Below are positions 1-12,812 of a DNA stretch of 40,923 nucleotides, in pieces; the first letter of the stretch is position 1; each line of letters opens with the position of its first letter. The stretch covers positions 99,073,353 through 99,114,275 of the forward strand of contig NC_068981.1 in the NCBI RefSeq assembly GCF_001194135.2, read 5' to 3'. Origin of the DNA: Octopus bimaculoides (lineage: Eukaryota). The position numbers and the translations under genes were made by a program. The notes below the pieces were generated by a model. The model was given only the letters and a program-made list of their open reading frames with translations. It did not search any database and was not told the DNA's origin.

Positions 1-53
<53 letters not shown>

Positions 54-330
54 CATATTTGTATACGAAAGATATAGATTTATGTATATATGTGTATGTA
101 TAAACACATACATACATAGATACATACATTTACACACACACACACACACATATATATGTGTGTGTATTTATACACACACACACACACTCGTACGCACGCA
201 CGCACACACGTACATACACACATACCACACATACATACACAGAAGCATACATATATGCATGCGGGAGAGTGCGTATATATGTGTGTGTGCATCAGAGTAT
301 GAGAGTGACAGAGGGAGAGAGTGGTAAATG
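1..330. repeat. Compound (AT)n/(CA)n/(CATA)n microsatellites
   Basis: Direct inspection. Confidence 0.95.
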
Positions 331-513
331 AGGGGGGGATGTAGGAGAGCGTTAGGAAGAAAGAAAAGGGAGATGAAAGCGTGAGGTTTAGTGAGGGGAA
401 GGGGAAAGTCTTTGATTATAATATTTTTCTTTTTTTTTTTATCAAAAAGGGTGAAAAAAGTTTCAGGAATTAATTAAGCGAACGAATGAATGAAATTGCA
501 GTGTTTTGTTCTG

Positions 514-1289
514 NNNNNNNNNNNNNNNNNNNNNNNNNNNNNNNNNNNNNNNNNNNNNNNNNNNNNNNNNNNNNNNNNNNNNNNNNNNNNNNNNNNNNNN
601 NNNNNNNNNNNNNNNNNNNNNNNNNNNNNNNNNNNNNNNNNNNNNNNNNNNNNNNNNNNNNNNNNNNNNNNNNNNNNNNNNNNNNNNNNNNNNNNNNNNN
701 NNNNNNNNNNNNNNNNNNNNNNNNNNNNNNNNNNNNNNNNNNNNNNNNNNNNNNNNNNNNNNNNNNNNNNNNNNNNNNNNNNNNNNNNNNNNNNNNNNNN
801 NNNNNNNNNNNNNNNNNNNNNNNNNNNNNNNNNNNNNNNNNNNNNNNNNNNNNNNNNNNNNNNNNNNNNNNNNNNNNNNNNNNNNNNNNNNNNNNNNNNN
901 NNNNNNNNNNNNNNNNNNNNNNNNNNNNNNNNNNNNNNNNNNNNNNNNNNNNNNNNNNNNNNNNNNNNNNNNNNNNNNNNNNNNNNNNNNNNNNNNNNNN
1001 NNNNNNNNNNNNNNNNNNNNNNNNNNNNNNNNNNNNNNNNNNNNNNNNNNNNNNNNNNNNNNNNNNNNNNNNNNNNNNNNNNNNNNNNNNNNNNNNNNNN
1101 NNNNNNNNNNNNNNNNNNNNNNNNNNNNNNNNNNNNNNNNNNNNNNNNNNNNNNNNNNNNNNNNNNNNNNNNNNNNNNNNNNNNNNNNNNNNNNNNNNNN
1201 NNNNNNNNNNNNNNNNNNNNNNNNNNNNNNNNNNNNNNNNNNNNNNNNNNNNNNNNNNNNNNNNNNNNNNNNNNNNNNNNNNNNNNNNN
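514..1289. other. Assembly gap (N run); other gaps at 5660-6559, 7051-7121, 7427-8173, 10875-11189, 12434-12643, 13168-13719, 27751-27850, 30206-30215, 32171-32978
   Basis: Runs of n, nearly all bounded by microsatellite on at least one side. Confidence 0.99.
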
Positions 1290-1362
1290 ATACATACATA
1301 CATACATACATACATGTATTTATTTATATATATATATATGCATATATATATAAATATGGATA

Positions 1363-1424
<62 letters not shown>

Positions 1425-1566
1425 TTTACACCCACACATGTATATATATATATATTGATTTATATATGTGTATGCATATATATTGACTTATGTCTGTATA
1501 CATGTATGTATTATATATATATACACGTACGCACACATATATATGCATCTATATATTATATGTACG

Positions 1567-1599
<33 letters not shown>

Positions 1600-1788
1600 T
1601 TGTGTATATACATGTATGTATATATGCTCGTGTGACACAAATATATATGTGTACATATACATGTATATATGTATATGTGTGTAAATATGTGATTATACGT
1701 GTCTGCATTCTTAAATGCATATATGTATTTATTTACATAAGTTTATACATATGTATTTCTGTGTGCTAATATTTACGCTGTGTGTGTA

Positions 1789-1819
<31 letters not shown>

Positions 1820-1830
1820 ATGTGTGTGGG
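1290..1830. repeat. Compound (CATA)n/(TA)n/(GA)n/(TG)n microsatellites
   Basis: Direct inspection. Confidence 0.95.
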
Positions 1831-3409
1831 TGTACGAGCGCGTGGAATTAGTATATTGTTTAAAGACTTCCGTGAAGCAGCGACTGAGTAATGAAACGGA
1901 TTGTTGATTATTCCAAAGCTCAAAAGTCGATACTATGAAAGTCATTTGGGCTAAAGTGTTAATAATTTCCATCAGACATGGTCTGATGTCTGTACACAGA
2001 TGCACAAATACAATCACATAAATATAGATTTTTTTACATATATACCTATATATATATATATATGGGATTGTACCAAAGACACTTGGTTGCAATCCATCTA
2101 TTTAATATACACACTCTTATGGATTTAATATAAAGTGCATTTTTCATAATTGCATACAGTTACAAAGATGTAAATATAGACACCATAAAATACAAACACA
2201 CACGCACACGCGCACACACTAACACACTCACACACACACACACACTCAAAAGAAGCACATATACGCCACCATATGTGTGCATACGGCCTATATATACACA
2301 CATATATTACGCGTATTTATTTGCTGTTACGGTAAGGAGATTAGGAGGAGTAGGTGGTAAAAGACATATAGGGTGATTGACTGTAGATGTAAAATGAAAG
2401 TGAGTGGCAGGATAAAGTGTTTTTTTTTTTTTTGTCAAATACATAAATACAAGCTCTAAACATGTTTTGTCTCCAATTTTTATCCCTTTTGAAAATATAC
2501 TACATAATATAGTATATGTCTAATTGTAGTGATCATACCGGTAAAGAGAAACTATATTTATTTATTAGCAATTGAAATATCTGCTCTCTAATTTATACAT
2601 TTGTTGTCATTATTGACGGCACAGTCACGTAAAAAGGCAAGCACACCTTTCTGTACTAAAGTTGCATGCAAGAACAATGTATAAATGCAAAATCATTCGA
2701 GCATAGACAAACGCTTACAAAATAACCATGTACACTAACACATACGAAAATATAAACTTACATATATCGATACACATAAAATCACAAACATATTTACAAA
2801 TCCCTAGAATTATCTTCACTCATCTGTAGAAACTTAGACACTATGTTAAGTTTGATTTGTTGAATTCTGTGCGAAATAGTGGGTATAAGACGTTTAGAAA
2901 CAATCGTTTCGGTGCCGCCCTCTTGGTGTCGCTATTTATTTGATATTTTAATGTTGCACTGAGTTTAATGTTTCCCGCTTCCCCCCTCTCTCTCTCTTTA
3001 TCTCTCTCCCTCTCTCCGCCAATGTGTTTTTGTGTGTGAGAGAGCATATTTCTCTATGTGTATGAGGAAAGGGAGAATGTTTAATGTGTTCGTGTTCAAT
3101 AAATAAATTGTAATCTCTCTCTCACCCATTATCTATCACTCTTTCTATCAACAAAACTTTTTCCATCCCATTTTGCACCATTCGATCGTCACATCTCGAG
3201 ATTTACAGTCTGCGTAGTCAGCCTAATGGTATCTTCCACATAAGCCGTTCCAATATTTGGTTTCTTTCGCTCCGTTTTTTAAAATTCGATCCAGTATTTA
3301 AATTGCTTAAGTCCGATGGTATGGCTGCTGCCTGAAGAACTTACATGGGTTCCATGTGCGTGAATCTTTTAATAGCGTGGGCTATACATGTGAGGCGGTC
3401 ATGAAAAGC

Positions 3410-3466
<57 letters not shown>

Positions 3467-3559
3467 ATATATACATACATACATACATACATACATTTAT
3501 TTTTCTTTTTCAAAATGTAACCACATGTGAATCCTTGGTGATTTTCTTCCTCCGTCTTC

Positions 3560-3690
3560 TCTTCTTTTGGACTTTCCTCTATTTCTGAAGAAGAGCTTTG
3601 CTCAAAACATTAAATCCTCTTTCTTTCCTTTCCTGAGCGTCTGATAATACATTATTTGTACCACGTCCTCACATTGTTGTTTTTTCATGT
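3560..3690 (+). mobile_element. Possible Penelope-like element terminal remnant
   Basis: tctgaagaagagctttgctcaaaacatt...tttcctgagcgtct resembles the TGAAGA...CGAAAC terminus of PLEs; a related copy sits near 31990. Confidence 0.3.
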
Positions 3691-3780
3691 TTGTTCTTCT
3701 TTGTTTGGATTCACTATATATATATATATGCATATTTGTATATATTTGTATATATTTGTATATATGCATATTTGTATGTA

Positions 3781-4950
3781 GCGTATGGAAGCAGGCGTAG
3801 TATTTGTCATTAAAAATAACTTAGTGTCAAAGTTGAGCGCCTTACCAAAGGGTATTAATGAGAGAATCATGGCTCTGAGCATGAAATTAAGAGATGATTG
3901 CCATGCAACAATTACAAGTACATATGTACCGACTTTAGATAGCAGTGAAGAATCAAACTCGAATATTAGGAAGCTTTAAAAGAGTGTTTGCGTGGTATAG
4001 CCAATTCTGATAAAACTATTTTGCTTGGTAACTTTAATGCTAGAATTTGCACTGATTGGACTATATGGAACTATTTTGGAACGTATGGGGTTGAGTAAAT
4101 GACCGTTAATAGTTTGTTACTCCTTCAACTTTGCACTGAAATGGACTTCTTTATATCAAGTACTCAGTTTAAACATAAAGAATGTAGTGTACAGGACTTG
4201 TGTACTTTCATCCCTTCTTTATTCATAAATGACACTGGTAGTAGAAAAAGGTGCACAAAGTAACGGATTCTGAAGTACTTGAATGTGCTAGTGCGTATGG
4301 CATTGAAGCTGAAATTCATCGACACAGACTTCGCTTGACTGGACATCTGATAAAGGAATTTGATCAAAACACACCCAAACAACTGTAACGGTCAGATAAA
4401 AGAAGCAAAGAGGCCTTGATGTAAACCAAAAATGCGATTCATAGATTTAATTAGTAATTCGCAAAAAAATTTCAAAATGACGCCTGCAGACTGGGAGAGC
4501 AGTGTAATGAATCGACCAAAATGGAGGAGAAAATCCGAGAAGGTGTTGCCTTGTTTGAAGATAATAAGCAGGAGCATGCACTTATAAAAAGAGAGGCAAG
4601 AAAGGGTTTGCTTGTGGCCATTGACCCTTCTCAACCTGTGACACTTGCAACAGTATTTATCTCTCCTAAACTGGACTAGCCAGTCATAATTGGGCGCACT
4701 TATTTAAGCCCCCTACTGACTTTTCACAGTCAATATCTGATGAATTATCTTGCTCTGTTTACAATAAAATCTGCAAAAGTAAATCTGGGTTGACAAGGCA
4801 CATGAAATGTCACCATAACAATTTCCAGCAGTCTTTTCAGCAAAGTCAAGCGTTTCCATGTCGTCTTTAAGGAAAACTTTGTAAATTTCTTGTTGGACTA
4901 AAGAGTCATTTCCGTCACATAACACGGAGACTATCTTTAACCATCTTCTA
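3781..4950 (+). mobile_element. Degenerate RTE-clade LINE: AP-endonuclease domain joined to the ORF C-terminus with three C2H2-like zinc fingers; RT domain absent
   Basis: 3785-4180 reads GVVFVIKN...LPKGINERIM...TYVPTL...DKTILLGNFNAR...LLLQLCTEMDFFISSTQF (RTE APE). From 4254 it reads HKVTDSEVLE...HRLRLTGHL, then KMRFIDL...DWE...NRPKWR, then zinc-finger-like motifs starting at 4637, 4751 and 4859. Several stops and frameshifts. Confidence 0.8.
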
Positions 4951-5248
4951 CTAGTATTAAACTGTAAATATTCAGCTCCATATTTGTTGTTGGTTTTTAA
5001 TCAGTTTGGTATTATATGTATATACTCTGTCAGTGCTGCTGTTAGGAAGAGTTACATGTTAAATTTCTTTGAACTACTTGAAGTTTTGCGAATTTTCGAC
5101 AGAATATTTTAAAAAATTGTAGTTTGTGCAGCCAAATAGAGGTTGTCGACTAGCTAAAAATACATGACATTCAATGCGTGTAACTACTATATTCTTAATT
5201 GAAAGCAATTTTCGTCAACAAAATTCAAAACTTACATCAGAACTATAC

Positions 5249-5322
5249 TTTTTGAGAATAATCAGATAAATATTTCTGATTATTCTCAGAATCAGATGAA
5301 AATTTCTGATTATTCTCAAAAA
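5249..5322. repeat. Intronic palindrome with a duplicated right arm
   Basis: tttttgagaataatcaga (5249-5266) is the exact reverse complement of tctgattattctcaaaaa (5305-5322); a second arm tctgattattctca lies at 5275-5288. Confidence 0.85.
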
Positions 5323-5450
5323 TTTGAAAAAACTTCAAGTGGTTGAAAAACTTCAAGCTCCTTAATTTGGATTCTTTGTTTATAGAAATTCTCTATCAAT
5401 TCATATATTTATATATATATATTTAACGTGCATATTTTTATATTTTTCAG

Positions 5451-5649
5451 GTTCCGTAATTGTTTGAAGAAAGTTTCCAGCAACTCTTCGATAACCCATC
5501 TCATTGGACGTATCTACTTTGATTTCCTTGGCTCTCGGTGTTTCGTCTTCACCAAAGAAAAATACTGCGTGGAGCGATCTTGGTGGGGAAAATGTCGCAC
5601 ATATGGCACCCAGCTGACAGCTAAAATCAAGTTACAGGAGTGCTATTAA
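5451..5649 (+). CDS. PLA2G3-like: Terminal coding exon of a group III secreted phospholipase A2 (bee-venom/PLA2G3 type); family-level call, upstream exons not seen
   Basis: Pyrimidine-rich acceptor ttttatatttttcAG ends at 5450 (phase 2), followed by (R)FRNCLKKVSSNSSITHLIGRIYFDFLGSRCFVFTKEKYCVERSWWGKCRTYGTQLTAKIKLQECY and TAA at 5647-5649. The pattern RFxxCL...GxxYF/FF..L...CFV...E..CV...WWG.CR.YGT matches, from recall, the segment after the CDCD motif in human PLA2G3 and bee venom PLA2. Confidence 0.87.
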
Positions 5650-6559
5650 AGCGATATATNNNNNNNNNNNNNNNNNNNNNNNNNNNNNNNNNNNNNNNNN
5701 NNNNNNNNNNNNNNNNNNNNNNNNNNNNNNNNNNNNNNNNNNNNNNNNNNNNNNNNNNNNNNNNNNNNNNNNNNNNNNNNNNNNNNNNNNNNNNNNNNNN
5801 NNNNNNNNNNNNNNNNNNNNNNNNNNNNNNNNNNNNNNNNNNNNNNNNNNNNNNNNNNNNNNNNNNNNNNNNNNNNNNNNNNNNNNNNNNNNNNNNNNNN
5901 NNNNNNNNNNNNNNNNNNNNNNNNNNNNNNNNNNNNNNNNNNNNNNNNNNNNNNNNNNNNNNNNNNNNNNNNNNNNNNNNNNNNNNNNNNNNNNNNNNNN
6001 NNNNNNNNNNNNNNNNNNNNNNNNNNNNNNNNNNNNNNNNNNNNNNNNNNNNNNNNNNNNNNNNNNNNNNNNNNNNNNNNNNNNNNNNNNNNNNNNNNNN
6101 NNNNNNNNNNNNNNNNNNNNNNNNNNNNNNNNNNNNNNNNNNNNNNNNNNNNNNNNNNNNNNNNNNNNNNNNNNNNNNNNNNNNNNNNNNNNNNNNNNNN
6201 NNNNNNNNNNNNNNNNNNNNNNNNNNNNNNNNNNNNNNNNNNNNNNNNNNNNNNNNNNNNNNNNNNNNNNNNNNNNNNNNNNNNNNNNNNNNNNNNNNNN
6301 NNNNNNNNNNNNNNNNNNNNNNNNNNNNNNNNNNNNNNNNNNNNNNNNNNNNNNNNNNNNNNNNNNNNNNNNNNNNNNNNNNNNNNNNNNNNNNNNNNNN
6401 NNNNNNNNNNNNNNNNNNNNNNNNNNNNNNNNNNNNNNNNNNNNNNNNNNNNNNNNNNNNNNNNNNNNNNNNNNNNNNNNNNNNNNNNNNNNNNNNNNNN
6501 NNNNNNNNNNNNNNNNNNNNNNNNNNNNNNNNNNNNNNNNNNNNNNNNNNNNNNNNNNN

Positions 6560-6648
<89 letters not shown>

Positions 6649-6669
6649 CAACAACAATAATAATAATAA
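6560..6669. repeat. (TAA)n/(CAA)n microsatellite
   Basis: Direct inspection; source of the poly-Ile and poly-Leu ORF artefacts. Confidence 0.95.
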
Positions 6670-7016
6670 GTCGATCATTGTTTCTTGGATAATCGGTATT
6701 TTTATGACTGCAATTTTGTATTTGGATAAAATCATGAATGAACTAAAACACTTGGAAAAATACACAAAGCGTAATTTATTTTCCCAACCGATTTAATTTC
6801 TGATGGAGAAATAACAAAACATTTCAGAGATAGTTGATGATTGTGACGTAACTATATATTACATAATGGCATACACACACACACGCACACACACACACAC
6901 ATATAAACACACACATGAACTCACACACACATACAAACACACTCAGACACGCACATACACACACACATGAATACTTAAATGTTCGAATCTTTTGATGTTA
7001 CTGCATTTTTTCATTA

Positions 7017-7050
<34 letters not shown>

Positions 7051-7121
7051 NNNNNNNNNNNNNNNNNNNNNNNNNNNNNNNNNNNNNNNNNNNNNNNNNN
7101 NNNNNNNNNNNNNNNNNNNNN

Positions 7122-7184
<63 letters not shown>

Positions 7185-8899
7185 CATACATACACATGCG
7201 TATATACCTGAAAGTTGTGCGATTGTTTCAACATATACACATATTAAAGATATACCTTTGAAAAAATGCATAGGCATCGAAATAACAGCACAACAGTCAC
7301 GTATATATTTACATAAATTGGTCTCGTATTCTGAGTCCTTCTTTTCGTTCTAGTCTTCAAGGATGCAATCAGCAAACCACCCATTATATATATACATATA
7401 TATATACATATATACATACACACACANNNNNNNNNNNNNNNNNNNNNNNNNNNNNNNNNNNNNNNNNNNNNNNNNNNNNNNNNNNNNNNNNNNNNNNNNN
7501 NNNNNNNNNNNNNNNNNNNNNNNNNNNNNNNNNNNNNNNNNNNNNNNNNNNNNNNNNNNNNNNNNNNNNNNNNNNNNNNNNNNNNNNNNNNNNNNNNNNN
7601 NNNNNNNNNNNNNNNNNNNNNNNNNNNNNNNNNNNNNNNNNNNNNNNNNNNNNNNNNNNNNNNNNNNNNNNNNNNNNNNNNNNNNNNNNNNNNNNNNNNN
7701 NNNNNNNNNNNNNNNNNNNNNNNNNNNNNNNNNNNNNNNNNNNNNNNNNNNNNNNNNNNNNNNNNNNNNNNNNNNNNNNNNNNNNNNNNNNNNNNNNNNN
7801 NNNNNNNNNNNNNNNNNNNNNNNNNNNNNNNNNNNNNNNNNNNNNNNNNNNNNNNNNNNNNNNNNNNNNNNNNNNNNNNNNNNNNNNNNNNNNNNNNNNN
7901 NNNNNNNNNNNNNNNNNNNNNNNNNNNNNNNNNNNNNNNNNNNNNNNNNNNNNNNNNNNNNNNNNNNNNNNNNNNNNNNNNNNNNNNNNNNNNNNNNNNN
8001 NNNNNNNNNNNNNNNNNNNNNNNNNNNNNNNNNNNNNNNNNNNNNNNNNNNNNNNNNNNNNNNNNNNNNNNNNNNNNNNNNNNNNNNNNNNNNNNNNNNN
8101 NNNNNNNNNNNNNNNNNNNNNNNNNNNNNNNNNNNNNNNNNNNNNNNNNNNNNNNNNNNNNNNNNNNNNNNNNTATATATATACATATATATATACATAC
8201 ATACATACACATACATATATATTTATATAACCACACAAATACACATACATGTAGGTGTAACTATGTGTATATTGATTTTAACAGAAGCACAACGTCATAT
8301 ATTTTGAAGGGAGAGGTAGAGTTTATTATAACATTCTGAGTACCTGGCCGATACTTATTTTAGTACTTATTAAGTGGAGTGAACTGGCTTTACTAGTTAC
8401 ATCACTTTCCCCATACCTTCTCTCGAGAATGGCAGAATGTCATATATCATTGTCGCTCTTATTTATTTTGTGTTTTTGTGTCCAAGTAATAAACGAAAAA
8501 CTGCTTATTTAGTTTAAATTTAAATGACATGCACCCCCAGTGCTTAATTCCTGGAGAACGAATTTAAGCACTCGCTGGAGCCACTGCTGCTCTCACTTAT
8601 GCCATAACTGACTTTCAGGAAGGCATTTACTTCTCAACGTTATTTTCCTCCCACCCATAAAAATATAAAGTCGTCTATTTCTAGTCAAATTATACTAATA
8701 TGTAAAAAGATAAATACTTTGCAAGGTATTATCCCATTTAATTGAATGATACTGGTATTCTGTTTTCTTCGAGAAATTCGAAGTCACGTTGGTGTCCTGT
8801 TAGACAGTCATTCGTTTTCTAAGTTGTGTAGTAGCAGGCAGAGCCAATAGCGTCACCGTTACTACAGTGTTTCTGTTTCCAACATTTTCCTATTGTTTA

Positions 8900-9400
8900 T
8901 TCCACCTAAGTGTTAGGTGATGAGAGCACTGTGTTTATTTTGACCAGTTTCTTGACAGCTAAGAGTAAAGTTCAAATCCTGTAGATTGTAGTAACAAAGA
9001 AATAGATGGGTTAATTTGCCTAAGATTACTTTGCATGAAAATGAACTCTTCAGTGGGGTTCCAACTATCCAATAGAGCTTGAGGACGCGTCGCTGCCACT
9101 GAAACATATAAAAGTAATTCTAGTGGACATAAACTGTAGATTAATAGGGACACTAATAGGGACACTAATATCGAACAAAAGAGAAGTCAGTCTGTTTCGT
9201 TGGCCATGTGACAGTTATGTTATTCTCCTTATTAAGAAAGGTATGGAAGTCACAAGACACCAGTCCTTCCATTGTAAATCCGAGATTTCGTGTTTGTGCT
9301 AGAAATGATATTTTACTAGAGTTCAGAAAGTAATTTCTCTGAGAAGCCATCTGATTTCATTTTCTGGTTTTACTTCAATGGGTAAAAACCTTGTTCGCCG
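8900..9400 (-). mobile_element. Highly decayed CR1/L2-like LINE RT fragment
   Basis: Minus strand gives, in order, RW...LNSSK, RNLGF, YVSVAAT..QAL and QN...ALIT, paralleling WMxxNxLxLNxxKT, VRNLGV, YLxxxAAKTLVQAL and QNAAARLIT. Confidence 0.4.
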
Positions 9401-10803
9401 TGTCACACTATTCCCTTCATGTTCATTTAAACTAAACAACATTTGACTGATTGTAGGGCAAAAGAACTGTTGCAGTTGATGGAGACAGGCCAAGATGTTT
9501 CACAGTCTCCAGGTTAGTATCTAAGGTTCTGATAACAAAACCTGACTTTAGCTTTCATCCTTATTGGCCCATAAAATAGTTAATACATCGGCGACATATA
9601 AGAGCTAAAGAACGGTTTTGAATCATATTTAAAACTATTTCTAACCTTGGCAGTAGAAATAACTATTTCATTCACACCATAATATTTTGTCTGTCTTACA
9701 GGGATGAAAAACAAGGTCAAGTCCTGCTCATTTAGAACATTAAACATCAAAATCCTAAACCAGCTTCCCCAAAATTCTGATTTTAGCTTTTTGCTGATTT
9801 TCACCTTCTATAAAATTAAACTCATAAACATACACAAAAGCTCAAACATAAACGCAAACATGATCATCTATGTGAGAACGAGTGCTTGTAACGTATACAC
9901 CATTTCAAAATTCATTACTGAGAGAAGTGAAACACTAGGTCACCGAAAACTTCATCATGCACTTAGGTACATTTCAGTCCGTATATTTTACTGTTTTATT
10001 ATAAAGTAATCACCTAATTGTAACTGATGTTTACTCTCTTGACTGCTTCATACTTTGGAATGCAGAATGATGGAAAATATTTATACATACTGTATTGTGA
10101 GTGCCATCGAGTAGTGATAAGATCCTCGTGGTCCAAATCTGCAACCCAGTTTAGATAATCTACTACAATGTTGATATGTTGAATGGATAAGGTAATGAAC
10201 TACTAACGGATCTACAGCGAGTATGAGTTTACTTGTGTCAGAACAAGCACCTAATTGTATATTGCTGTAGTTAACGTAATCTTGCTGCTGAGAAGTCCTT
10301 CCAGATATATTAACTTGGGGAGGCGGGAAGGTTTGTCAATCCCTTACTTTAACACCGCAGAAACATAAGCTAAACACAAGCAGCCATCAATTGTCTTGAG
10401 AAAAGCATGACGGTCTCATAATCACATCCTGTTACCAACACACCTTTAAGAAATAAAAACAAGAATATGCAACTAACAACTCGGAAATGTCGGTTTCTCT
10501 AGCACTGGCAATACTGTTCTAACAATGATATCAGATTGTATTGCTATAAGATTCATGACGTGAGAAGTGATAAATAGAAGAGATATATGAAGTTAGACAT
10601 ATATTTGTCTCAAAAAACTGATAGCTGTACTCTACTTAACAAGATCTGATAAAATAATTGAAGAAATTGCTTAGTTATGTTACACGTCATATGAAAAACA
10701 ATCCAAAATAAACATAGAGTTATAATTATCACAGTTTGTATGTATGTATGTATGTATGTATATATGTATTCATGTATATAAATATATGTATGTTTGTCTG
10801 TAT

Positions 10804-10874
<71 letters not shown>

Positions 10875-11189
10875 NNNNNNNNNNNNNNNNNNNNNNNNNN
10901 NNNNNNNNNNNNNNNNNNNNNNNNNNNNNNNNNNNNNNNNNNNNNNNNNNNNNNNNNNNNNNNNNNNNNNNNNNNNNNNNNNNNNNNNNNNNNNNNNNNN
11001 NNNNNNNNNNNNNNNNNNNNNNNNNNNNNNNNNNNNNNNNNNNNNNNNNNNNNNNNNNNNNNNNNNNNNNNNNNNNNNNNNNNNNNNNNNNNNNNNNNNN
11101 NNNNNNNNNNNNNNNNNNNNNNNNNNNNNNNNNNNNNNNNNNNNNNNNNNNNNNNNNNNNNNNNNNNNNNNNNNNNNNNNNNNNNNNNN

Positions 11190-11237
<48 letters not shown>

Positions 11238-11574
11238 GGCTTGTAGATATTATTTACGTTTGTATTTACACACACACACATACACACACGCACACACATA
11301 CACGCACGCACGAACGCACACATAATTATTCCCTATTTAAACTGGCATTTTCTTAACATATCCCTCTGCTCTACGATATTAACCTACCACCACTAATAGA
11401 ATCACAATCGCAGCCACAAAAGCCACAACAATCATTACCCTTATCACAACCAACAACTGCAACCATAACTGAATTCATTACAAACTTAACAGCAATAACA
11501 GATCTTACTATAGCACAAAAGCAATAGTTATTACCACCTGCGTCAACGTAATAATTAATATTTAATTTGAACAA

Positions 11575-11767
11575 AGGCAGCGAGCTAGCAGAATCGTTTG
11601 CAAGCGGGGCAAAATACTTAGGGCATTTCTTCCGTCTAACATCCTGAATTCAAATTTGCCTTTCATCCTTTCGGGGTTGATAAACCAATTGTGAACTTGG
11701 GATCGATTTAAACGACTTACCTCCTCCCCTGAACTTCCTGGCCTTATGCCAAAATTTGAAACTAATG
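11575..11767 (+). mobile_element. tRNA-derived SINE, family 1 (GGCGGTGAGCTGGCAG head, TTTCATCCTTTCGGGGTCGATAAA core), with TSD
   Basis: Head and core match other in-window copies; exact 14-bp TSD tttaatttgaacaa at 11561-11574 and 11768-11781. Confidence 0.85.
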
Positions 11768-12812
11768 TTTAATTTGAACAAGGAAGGGTGACTTTAAATT
11801 CAGATCCTGGAAGGTTTAAAAAAATGGATATCTGTCGGCTTCGATGATGTCTATTCAGTTGTTTGATCAACTGAATTACCTGCTTATTGAATTAGCGTGT
11901 GTGTGTGACGAAGTATTCCACAGACACGGTCCTTTCAGTCACAGGTATAATCCATCTGACGGTCTTCCACAGAGTTTGTGTCAACTTACTTTCACTCACA
12001 AGGCTTAAGGTGACCCAAGGTATGGTAATTTCCCAAAAATACCACAAAATGGGGTCATATGCTTGTTCGTTCTCAGAGCTGCCTTGGTGATGCTAGACAA
12101 TAACATGCCTCGCCCCTGTTGTCTTTGAAACCAGATTTCGAGAAACAGAAAGCGTGAGTGGAACCGGGAGGAGGAGGAGGAGGGGGATGAGGGGGATAGA
12201 AATATGACAGTAAATGTAAGATAAAAAAAAATTAAGGAAACAAAATCTAAAACATTCGAGACTGACGTTAATTGTAAAAATATTTTATTTCCAAATGTAA
12301 ATATTATTTTGAGATTTTAATCTTTAGGGAATTTTATAGAATGAATGAATGAATGAACGAACGAATGTCTTATGTGTTTCTCTCTTTAACAAACATACCA
12401 ACAGCTATTTTAGTACTGGAAACACACACATACNNNNNNNNNNNNNNNNNNNNNNNNNNNNNNNNNNNNNNNNNNNNNNNNNNNNNNNNNNNNNNNNNNN
12501 NNNNNNNNNNNNNNNNNNNNNNNNNNNNNNNNNNNNNNNNNNNNNNNNNNNNNNNNNNNNNNNNNNNNNNNNNNNNNNNNNNNNNNNNNNNNNNNNNNNN
12601 NNNNNNNNNNNNNNNNNNNNNNNNNNNNNNNNNNNNNNNNNNNAAAACATTTTTTTAATAAGACATCTTTATAACCATTTGTATCTTGAGGAATTGAGTT
12701 AGTTTCTATCCAAAATATAACTCAAAGCAGAAATTCATGTGTGTGTGTGTGTGCGTGCGTGCGTGTGTGTGTGTGTGTGCGTGTGCACGTGCGCGCGTGA
12801 TGTGTGTGAGTG

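Noticed and set aside
11371-11574. Minus-strand ORF with CCGFCGCDCD, reminiscent of PLA2 or metallothionein Cys motifs
   Set aside because: It is the reverse complement of a decayed (ACA/ACC)n repeat and is on the opposite strand to the PLA2 exon.
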